From a virus: 64,000 bases of DNA. This document shows positions 9,041-15,819 of the stretch, one piece after another (within the stretch, counting starts at the first letter, position 1; each line of letters opens with the position of its first letter). Where the stretch lies: the IMG/VR virus record IMGVR_UViG_3300002307_000034, positions 1-64,000 of that record; one strand, written 5' to 3'. Both the position numbers and the translations under genes were made by a program. Under the pieces are notes generated by a model. The model did not search any database. It had not been told where the DNA came from and saw nothing but the letters and a program-made list of their open reading frames with translations.

Positions 9041-9484
9041 TTAAATTATAGATGATTTAATTGTTGAAGTTAATTGCCAATCCCATTTTTTATGCATGGA
9101 ATGTCTAATTTCAATATCGCTTGCAATACCAATTTCTTTTACTGCTTCTGCTGCTTCATGCACAGCTAACAAATCATTAATTACAGCTTCATTTGAAACC
9201 AAAAAGCTTTCAATCTGATCTTTTGGATTTGCTCCCGCATAAACTTGACCAATTGTTCTATTTGTTACAAAATCAGTTAATTGAAATGGAGCGGTTTGCC
9301 CAAGTTTTCTAATCATCTCAGAAATATCATCAATAGAATCATATACATCTTCATAAATTTCTAAAAATTTGGCATGCATTTCAGGAAATAGCATTCCCTC
9401 TACATTCCAATGATATCCGTGAATTTGAAAATAAGCAGTAACTACGTCTGCTTGTAAAATTTTAAGTCTTTGTACTAAATCCAT
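9041..9484 (-). CDS. dps: Dps-family ferritin-like protein
   Basis: HGYHWNVEG..F.EMH..F.E.Y......D.ISE ferroxidase motifs; H.K..W near the C-terminus. Confidence 0.9.
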   Translation of the reverse strand: MDLVQRLKILQADVVTAYFQIHGYHWNVEGMLFPEMHAKFLEIYEDVYDSIDDISEMIRKLGQTAPFQLTDFVTNRTIGQVYAGANPKDQIESFLVSNEAVINDLLAVHEAAEAVKEIGIASDIEIRHSMHKKWDWQLTSTIKSSII

Positions 9485-9527
9485 TGTAACTCCTTAGAAA
9501 GCTGATCTGCTATTTACTATTATACCA

Positions 9528-9752
9528 TTAATTGCTTGATTGGGATGGCTTTTCATTAATATAATGACGTTCATCCACAATTTCATATGCTTGACTATTT
9601 AATTTGTTTTGATTTTTATTATAATGGTGACCACAAAACATTAATTCGCCCGTCAATAATTTAACAGAAACAAAAGCCTGTGCTTGACATGAATCACAGC
9701 GATCTTGTAATGTTAAAATACGTTCTGTTGTTTTTTCTTGTTCAAGTATCAT
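9528..9752 (-). CDS. small actinobacterial-type zinc-binding protein
   Basis: LT..DRCDSC.AQA.V...GEL.FCGHH. Confidence 0.7.
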   Translation of the reverse strand: MILEQEKTTERILTLQDRCDSCQAQAFVSVKLLTGELMFCGHHYNKNQNKLNSQAYEIVDERHYINEKPSQSSN

Positions 9753-9791
9753 ACCTTAAGTATATCCCTTTATGTTAGTAGTTACAAGTTG

Positions 9792-9864
9792 TGTCCCCAG
9801 CAGGTCTCGATCCTGCGACCCGCAGATTAAAAGTCTGCTGCTCTACCAACTGAGCTATAGGGAC
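9792..9864 (-). tRNA. tRNA-Lys(UUU)
   Basis: cloverleaf; GCAGA-CTTTTAA-TCTGC. Confidence 0.92.
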
Positions 9865-9865
9865 A

Positions 9866-9996
9866 TGTCAGATCAGTTTATCTTTTACCACACTGTAAGG
9901 TCTATAACCGAGTGTTCTGACAACACCGTGTAGGTTGCTCTAGAAACCCCTACATATTAGCGTAAAGCCTAAACCATTGAAGGCCTATACTAATGT
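9866..9996 (-). ncRNA. candidate structured RNA 'C' between tRNA-Leu and tRNA-Lys
   Basis: three consecutive stem-loops (ATTAG/CTAAT, TGTAGG/CCTACA, TGTCAGA/TCTGACA) with nested helices; no credible ORF. Confidence 0.45.
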
Positions 9997-10003
9997 TACT
10001 ATG

Positions 10004-10076
10004 TGCCCCAAGTTGGATTCGAACCAACGCTGTATGGATTTTAAGTCCACTATCTCTACCACTGGATTACTGGGGC
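10004..10076 (-). tRNA. tRNA-Leu(UAA), short variable arm
   Basis: GTGGA-CTTAAAA-TCCAT; 5-nt variable loop; 73 nt. Confidence 0.9.
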
Positions 10077-10118
10077 CAGTACACGCCTGTTTTTTCTATA
10101 TGTATATATACAAAATTT

Positions 10119-10850
10119 TTAGATTTGCTTATAATCATTAGTTCCTCTATATACATTAAAAAATTCTTTTGTAAAAATTGGAATTTTATGCAACATGCCA
10201 ACTAGTTGCCAATAATTTTCATATACTTTTATTTGTGTTTCATATGCTTTTAAAGCATTAATTCTTTTATTTATTACTTCTGAAAAATCTATTTCTAAAT
10301 CTATTTTTTTATAAGCACTAACCCAAAATGGATCATTTTCCCATACAGGATTATTTTTTTGTTCAATAACCGTAAACCAAATATTGGGAATTTTATATAT
10401 AGAGTCTAAAATGTCTAACGAGGACATTGTTGCATTGTGAACAGTTATATGGTCTGGATGTCCGCTCCAACCATTTTGATCATATGTTATTAATAAATCT
10501 GGCTTAATTGATACTAAAATATCGGACAATTGTTTGGATAAAACTTCAATGCCTACAAATTTTAAAGATCCTTTAATTGGTACCCTGTTTGGAACCGTGT
10601 CATCATATGGACCAATAAATATATGTTTTGACACGCCCAAAGCTTCCATTGCTTTTGAATGTTCTTTTAATAATTTATTTTTAAATTCAATAGTACCAGC
10701 TGGGTAATCATCTAAATAACTATTTCCACTCATGCCATTAGAAAAATTTATAACAGTAACATCATGACCAAGATTTACAAATTTTGCAATAGTCCCGCCA
10801 GTTGTTATTGTTTCGTCATCTGGATGACAATGTACAAATACTACTTTCAT
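10119..10850 (-). CDS. PIG-L/LmbE-family deacetylase (MshB/Mca-like)
   Basis: VFVHCHPDDETITTGGTIA and TYD..G..GHPDH motifs. Confidence 0.85.
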   Translation of the reverse strand: MKVVFVHCHPDDETITTGGTIAKFVNLGHDVTVINFSNGMSGNSYLDDYPAGTIEFKNKLLKEHSKAMEALGVSKHIFIGPYDDTVPNRVPIKGSLKFVGIEVLSKQLSDILVSIKPDLLITYDQNGWSGHPDHITVHNATMSSLDILDSIYKIPNIWFTVIEQKNNPVWENDPFWVSAYKKIDLEIDFSEVINKRINALKAYETQIKVYENYWQLVGMLHKIPIFTKEFFNVYRGTNDYKQI

Positions 10851-10866
10851 TTTTCTCCTTAGTTTG

Positions 10867-10937
10867 CTCCCTGACCTGGATTCGAACCAAGATACCCGCC
10901 TCCAAAGGGCGGTGTCCTACCGTTAGACGATCTGGGA
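10867..10937 (-). tRNA. tRNA-Gln(UUG)
   Basis: CCGCC-CTTTGGA-GGCGG; one acceptor-stem mismatch. Confidence 0.88.
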
Positions 10938-10944
10938 ATGTAAG

Positions 10945-11018
10945 CGATCCGTATCGGACTTGAACCGACGGCCTTTGCCGTGACAGGGCAACGCTCTAAC
11001 CAACTGAGCTAACGGACC
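10945..11018 (-). tRNA. tRNA-Asp(GUC)
   Basis: TTGCC-CTGTCAC-GGCAA. Confidence 0.92.
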
Positions 11019-11019
11019 A

Positions 11020-11096
11020 TGGTGGAACAGGTAGGACTTGAACCTACGATTACCGAATTATGAGTTCGGGGCTTTGACCAACTAAGCTACTGTTCC
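11020..11096 (-). tRNA. tRNA with CAU anticodon (Ile2-like or elongator Met), CCA encoded
   Basis: CCGAA-CTCATAA-TTCGG; G1-C72 paired and no three G-C pairs in the anticodon stem, so not initiator. Confidence 0.88.
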
Positions 11097-11097
11097 G

Positions 11098-11172
11098 TAC
11101 TCCAAGAAGGACTTGAACCTTCAGCCTTCAGTATATAAGACTGATGCTCTCACCAAGTTGAGCTATTGGAGC
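11098..11172 (-). tRNA. tRNA-Ile(UAU)
   Basis: TCAGT-CTTATAT-ACTGA; full cloverleaf; A73 discriminator. Confidence 0.85.
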
Positions 11173-11174
11173 AA

Positions 11175-11338
11175 GTGCTAGCCATGGATTTAGGATTCAA
11201 ACCTTAAACCTCCCGCTAGCTGTTGTACCTAGTTCTCGCTTTATCCTATTATCCCTGGGTCTGAACACTTTCATAATAGTGCTGGAACATTGTCGGATTC
11301 GGTACAACTATCTCCATATAAGTTGTTCAGACTTATAT
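11175..11338 (-). ncRNA. candidate structured RNA 'B' (pseudoknot plus tRNA-like 3' minihelix)
   Basis: 8-bp hairpin whose loop CUGAACA is complementary to a downstream UGUUCAG; GUUGUACC/GGUACAAC helix; GCUAGC-closed arm with GG-UUUGAAU-CC loop. Confidence 0.6.
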
Positions 11339-11344
11339 TTTGAG

Positions 11345-11417
11345 CTGGGATGACAGGGATCGAACCTGTGACATTTCGATTAACAGTCGAACGCTCTGCC
11401 AGCTGAGCTACATCCCA
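11345..11417 (-). tRNA. tRNA-Asn(GUU)
   Basis: TTCGA-CTGTTAA-TCGAA. Confidence 0.92.
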
Positions 11418-11422
11418 AAAAG

Positions 11423-11540
11423 GTACGACAAGCAATTCCATCTGCACAGGCGTTGAGGTCTATTGCACCACAAACGCTTTAGCCGAGTATGTTTATATGT
11501 AACTATAACATCATCCTAAGATTAGTGTTGCTTGCCGTAC
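11423..11540 (-). ncRNA. candidate structured RNA 'A' (~118 nt, multi-way junction)
   Basis: 13-bp closing stem GUACGGCAAGCAA/UUGCUUGUCGUAC starting at the predicted TSS; two internal arms; followed by a short U run. Confidence 0.6.
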
Positions 11541-11546
11541 TGTATT

Positions 11547-11576
11547 AGTATATCAGGCGGTTATTTACAATGTCAA
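11547..11576 (-). promoter_or_regulatory. promoter of the ncRNA/tRNA array
   Basis: TTGACA-18 nt-TATACT. Confidence 0.8.
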
Positions 11577-11999
11577 TTACTTGATCTTGATTGTTTTTGG
11601 CTTTTTATCCTCTGGAACAATTCTTTCAATTGTTACAGCAAGCATACCATTTTCAAATTCAGCACCAGTAACTTCCATATATTCACCTAGTGCAAATGAA
11701 CGAGTAAAAGAACGAGTAGCGATTCCTTTATGTTTAAAATCTGCTTCTTGTTTTTCTTTTTCACCCTTTACAATTAAATTTTTATTATCTACTGATACTG
11801 TAAGGTCGGATCTATTAAATCCCGCCAAGGCAATTTCAACAAGATATGTATCTTCATCTTGTTTAATTACATTGTATGGTGGATAATTATCCTGTTGTGA
11901 TGATTGGCTCCATGTTGTAATATTAGGTTGAAAACCAATAAAAAATGGGTCATTTAGAAGTGAATTCCAAAGCCCATTGTATGTGTATGTTGTATTCAT
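11577..11999 (-). CDS. small heat-shock protein (Hsp20/IbpA family)
   Basis: YPPYNV...EIALAGF...H.GIA.RSF.RSF.L...A.FENG.L; start moved to the ATG at 11999, behind AAGGAG. Confidence 0.93.
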   Translation of the reverse strand: MNTTYTYNGLWNSLLNDPFFIGFQPNITTWSQSSQQDNYPPYNVIKQDEDTYLVEIALAGFNRSDLTVSVDNKNLIVKGEKEKQEADFKHKGIATRSFTRSFALGEYMEVTGAEFENGMLAVTIERIVPEDKKPKTIKIK

Positions 12000-12056
12000 A
12001 CTATTCTCCTTTTCTTTAAGCAAGTTAGTTTAATTTAGATCCCCGAAGGCAATCTT
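12000..12056 (-). promoter_or_regulatory. ROSE-like RNA thermometer candidate in the hsp20 5' UTR
   Basis: 5' hairpin with UUCG loop, then CUUGCUU pairing with SD AAGGAG with a bulged G. Confidence 0.55.
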
Positions 12057-12078
12057 TATATATTATATCACAAATTGG

Positions 12079-13269
12079 TTAGTCTGTCCAGCACCATACA
12101 TTAATATCTGAATAACCAGCATCAATTATTTTCTTTTTAAGATCTTCATATATATTCCATGAAAATATAACTATGTCTGTAGGATTACATTCAAGCATTT
12201 TTTCTAAACTTACAACAGGTATTTGTGCATCAGGAATGTACCTGCCCTGTTTTTCAAAAGAATCATCTGCTATATATTTTATATCATTAAAATTTAATTT
12301 TGAAAAATTAATAACAGTTGATGCTTTGCCAGAGGCTGCGTATCCACAAATAATTTTTCCTTCATTATTAAGATTTTTAATTTTGTTATAAAAATTTGTT
12401 ATTTTATGATTAATTCGATCACTAAATTCATTCCATTTAGATTCACTTAACAAGCCACCATTTATTTCTTCATTAATTGTTTTTTCTACGCTTGAAAGCC
12501 TATTCTTTGTCCTAGAAATTAAATATCTATTACTTCCTCCATGCATTTGATATTCTTTAACATCAAATACATGCATTCCAAATTTACTTACAAGTTTAGA
12601 TACTGCATTTGTTGAAAGATATGAATAATGTTCATGATAAATGTTATCAAAATGATCATCATTTAAAATATGCATTATTGTTGGATTTTCAATACTTACA
12701 ATTGTTTCATCATTAGAAAGAATTGAAATTCCATTCATAAAATCTTGAATATTTGGCACATGAGCAAAAACATTTTTTGCAACTATAAGTTTAGGATAGC
12801 CTTTAATTCTTAAAATTTCTTTAGCAAGTTCTGATCCAAAAAAATCATTTATAGTAGGAATACCATCGCATATTGCATACATTGATATATTTTTGGCGGG
12901 ATCAACTCCCAAAACATCTATATTTTCTTTTTGAAACATTTTTAAAAGATAACCATCGTTACTTGCTAATTCTAAAACCCAATCTTTTTCTCCAAAACTT
13001 ATTTTAGATAAACATTCATTTACAAATTCTTTAGAATGTTTTAAAAATGTTTCACTGTATGATGTTCTAAACCCGTAAAAACTAAATAATCTAGAGGGAT
13101 CTAGGTCCAATGAAATTTGACCTAACCCGCAATCTGAGCAAACCATCATTTTTGTTTCAAATGTTTCAGCTTTGTGATTTTTATCTTTAGATAATTCATT
13201 AACAATTGGTAAAGAACCTAAATCAATGCCAGTAAATTGCTTTTGACTGTTACACGCACGACATGCCAT
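12079..13269 (-). CDS. NDP-hexose C-methyltransferase (class I SAM-dependent, Zn-binding N-terminus)
   Basis: CRAC...CSDC, VLELASNDG, NVFAHVP, IYHEH.SY, HGGS.R, GYAASGKA; likely start MACRAC. Confidence 0.88.
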   Translation of the reverse strand: MACRACNSQKQFTGIDLGSLPIVNELSKDKNHKAETFETKMMVCSDCGLGQISLDLDPSRLFSFYGFRTSYSETFLKHSKEFVNECLSKISFGEKDWVLELASNDGYLLKMFQKENIDVLGVDPAKNISMYAICDGIPTINDFFGSELAKEILRIKGYPKLIVAKNVFAHVPNIQDFMNGISILSNDETIVSIENPTIMHILNDDHFDNIYHEHYSYLSTNAVSKLVSKFGMHVFDVKEYQMHGGSNRYLISRTKNRLSSVEKTINEEINGGLLSESKWNEFSDRINHKITNFYNKIKNLNNEGKIICGYAASGKASTVINFSKLNFNDIKYIADDSFEKQGRYIPDAQIPVVSLEKMLECNPTDIVIFSWNIYEDLKKKIIDAGYSDINVWCWTD

Positions 13270-13297
13270 AAATATCTCTTTTCTTGTATAGATATAC

Positions 13298-13321
13298 AAT
13301 TATATCATAAATGATATAATT
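13298..13321. promoter_or_regulatory. palindromic back-to-back TGATATAAT boxes (divergent promoter)
   Basis: aattatatcat-aa-atgatataatt between the divergent genes. Confidence 0.65.
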
Positions 13322-13335
13322 ATTTTAGAGGATTT

Positions 13336-14250
13336 ATGAGAGATTACGATTATAATTATGAATTTAATTCATTTAATAAAAAAACAGAGCTTTTGAGTAA
13401 TTTGCCAATTTATGAAATATTTGATTTAAAATTAAATAAACATATTACAAATAAAACTGTTGTCCTTGATGAATTATGTTTTCCTATATCCATGTCAGTA
13501 AATTTTGCACATGCTTTATTTGATGGAATAGGAGCGTATTATCAATTAAAAAAAATATATCCTGATCTTATACCTATTTTTATAGATGAAACTAGAAAAC
13601 CAGGTTTAATTGAATATTTCAGTTTGCCTTTAAAAGAATTTGCTGAACAAAATAACTTTAAAATAATAAATTTAAACAAAAACAATTATATATTTAAAAA
13701 AGTTATCATTCATAATTATTACTTTTCAACTATTCCAATTTTAAATTTTAAAGATGAATTAATCCAAAATAATGATGATTTAAGACAAGTTAAATTTTAT
13801 CAAAATTCTATAAATGAAATTTTAAATAATATTAAATTTGAAAATAAACTTTCTAATAAAAAAATATATGTATCAAGAAGATTAGCTAATAAAGATAGGA
13901 AATATCATAAAAATCAAGCTTTTGCAAAACAATATACCTATGATAAAAAATATGATATAGAATTTGAAAATTTTTTTGAATCAAAAGGTTTTGAAATTAT
14001 AGATCTTGAAGGATATAATTTGTCTGAACAAATAAATTTATTCTCACAATGCAATGCTTTTGCTACCATTGAAGGCACTGCATTAATAAATAGCATTTGG
14101 ATGCCAAATAATTCTAAAATTTTATCAATTAAAATGTATGAAACTTATTTTCCATGGGATCATATAATAAATCAAAATGATAAAAAATATATAAAAACAT
14201 GCAATATTGAAAATTTAAATTTTTATCAAGATTTAAATAATTTTTTTTAA
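13336..14250 (+). CDS. glycosyltransferase family 61 (DUF563)
   Basis: NFAHALFD, KIYVSRR, GFEIIDLE...LSEQINLF, EGTALIN motifs; AGAGG RBS. Confidence 0.8.
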   Translation: MRDYDYNYEFNSFNKKTELLSNLPIYEIFDLKLNKHITNKTVVLDELCFPISMSVNFAHALFDGIGAYYQLKKIYPDLIPIFIDETRKPGLIEYFSLPLKEFAEQNNFKIINLNKNNYIFKKVIIHNYYFSTIPILNFKDELIQNNDDLRQVKFYQNSINEILNNIKFENKLSNKKIYVSRRLANKDRKYHKNQAFAKQYTYDKKYDIEFENFFESKGFEIIDLEGYNLSEQINLFSQCNAFATIEGTALINSIWMPNNSKILSIKMYETYFPWDHIINQNDKKYIKTCNIENLNFYQDLNNFF

Positions 14251-14270
14251 TTTAATTAATTATTTTAATT

Positions 14271-15041
14271 TTATCCTTTATAAGGTTTAGTGGTTTTATC
14301 TGGAACATTATTTCCTTCAGGAATTGATTGATTAGATGATCTATTTCCATATCCTGCACTTGGATTACCATCATTTTCATATGAAGCTTTTGATGGAAAA
14401 TAATATCTTGCATCTTGATCTTGTGAATTAAACTCTGGACCCATTTGTCCTTTATTTGATGGCACAAAAACACCATCCCAAATTGATTTTTTAATTGGTA
14501 CACAGTTTGGAACTGTTTTACCATCTTTATCTTTTGTGCCTACTTGCTTATAGCCATCCCAACATGGTCCCTGCCCTTTTGTAACACAATAAGAACATTT
14601 TTCAGTATCTGAAATATAGTGGTGATCATTACCTAAATCATCACATCCACATGTCATGCATTTATTAACCACATTATTCTCCTTATATTCTTCTGGAGTT
14701 TTAGCTGTTCTAACTTCATCTCCAAGTATGTCAATCTTTTCATTATTTAAACCTTTTAAAGCATCTTCAGCTTCAGCTTTTGTTAAATAACATCCTATTG
14801 ATTGTCCTGTTCCGCTTTTTGTTATTGCATATCCATGCTGACAATCCGGAGTTCCAAATTCAATTGCCCATCCATCTCCACCTGTAAAAATCATTTTTTT
14901 TGTAGCTTCAGGAACATTAGCATATAAAGCACCTAATTGAGCTTGTGCTTGTGCTTTAGATGGGTGGGTACCAACAACTCTTCCAGTAGCATCTACAACT
15001 ACTTTAAACTTATTACCTTCACGTTCAATATGGTACGGCAT
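14271..15041 (-). CDS. modular small-domain protein; candidate internal head protein
   Basis: two G-T/C-H/Y-x-S/T-K-A-x-A modules, a CWDGY...VPNCVP module and KKSIWDGVF. Confidence 0.65.
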   Translation of the reverse strand: MPYHIEREGNKFKVVVDATGRVVGTHPSKAQAQAQLGALYANVPEATKKMIFTGGDGWAIEFGTPDCQHGYAITKSGTGQSIGCYLTKAEAEDALKGLNNEKIDILGDEVRTAKTPEEYKENNVVNKCMTCGCDDLGNDHHYISDTEKCSYCVTKGQGPCWDGYKQVGTKDKDGKTVPNCVPIKKSIWDGVFVPSNKGQMGPEFNSQDQDARYYFPSKASYENDGNPSAGYGNRSSNQSIPEGNNVPDKTTKPYKG

Positions 15042-15056
15042 AGGTCTATTTTACCA

Positions 15057-15314
15057 TTATTTTTTATATATGTCACTTAATATATCTTCATCTGATCTTG
15101 CTGGATCATTATCTGTATATAAAGCTTTTAAAGCTTTTTTATTTTCTAATTTTTGAGCTGATTCCCCCATACCAATCATTAGCATTACGGATGGAATTAT
15201 AATATCAATTGGAAGATGGGGAAAATGTTTATTTACATATAATATTAAAGCAGAAAGATACCCAGCTATTTTAGCTGGGTTCTTCCTAGTATAGATTGCT
15301 ATTCTTTCCCACAT
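15057..15314 (-). CDS. hypothetical membrane protein
   Basis: two hydrophobic segments; leaderless promoter. Confidence 0.6.
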   Translation of the reverse strand: MWERIAIYTRKNPAKIAGYLSALILYVNKHFPHLPIDIIIPSVMLMIGMGESAQKLENKKALKALYTDNDPARSDEDILSDIYKK

Positions 15315-15329
15315 AAACTAATTATATCA

Positions 15330-15632
15330 TTAAGCAGATGGGGTAGCTTTTTTGTCAACTGCATTAAATGCACCATTGATTTCATCAATAGTTAATTTAC
15401 CGTCATCAAGGAATCCACGAGCAAGCTTTTCAACTACTGTAGCAACTCCAAGGGTTCCAGCCATAATTACAGCTTTTGCTGTGCCAATTCCAACGACTGC
15501 TCCAGCTCCAATAACGCCTAAGCCAGATGCTGCAAATACTGCAACTATACGCATAAGAATATTATTAAGGCTTGCAATCGCACCAGAACCTACTTGTGTT
15601 GGTTCTTCTAGTAATTCTTGTTTTTTAGCCAT
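15330..15632 (-). CDS. small Gly/Ala-rich membrane protein
   Basis: RIVAVFAASGLGVIGAGAVVG; LARGFLDDGKLT.DEIN. Confidence 0.7.
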   Translation of the reverse strand: MAKKQELLEEPTQVGSGAIASLNNILMRIVAVFAASGLGVIGAGAVVGIGTAKAVIMAGTLGVATVVEKLARGFLDDGKLTIDEINGAFNAVDKKATPSA

Positions 15633-15633
15633 T

Positions 15634-15819
15634 TTATTCTCCTTCCTTTGGGTTTCGTAGTCTTAAAGTAATTACCCAAATAATAAATGATATTAAGGTA
15701 ACTTTTCCGATTACTGTTTTAGCAGATCCAGTAAGAACGAGCCATGCTGAAAATAATCCAACAAATGTCCAGATCTCACTGAAAAAATCTTTAGAAATAT
15801 CTTTAAAAAATTGTTTCAT
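15634..15819 (-). CDS. small two-TM membrane protein
   Basis: WTFVGLFSAWLVLTGSAK; overlaps the stop of the PA14 gene. Confidence 0.7.
   Translation of the reverse strand: MKQFFKDISKDFFSEIWTFVGLFSAWLVLTGSAKTVIGKVTLISFIIWVITLRLRNPKEGE

Noticed and set aside
9929-9954. preQ1-I riboswitch resemblance (GGUUUCUAG loop)
   Set aside because: It lacks the 3' A-rich tail and is followed by RNA elements, not a regulated CDS
11175-11338. tmRNA
   Set aside because: Too short, no 5' GGGG acceptor strand or G3-U70 pair, and no tag reading frame recognised
8928-11417. Prophage attachment site at the tRNAs
   Set aside because: No integrase or duplicated tRNA 3' end; phage genes continue on both sides
8900-11420. 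HDV-like (theta) or hammerhead ribozymes at tRNA 3' ends
   Set aside because: I could not fit the nested double pseudoknot or the CUGAUGA/GAAA core by eye; a covariance-model search is still warranted
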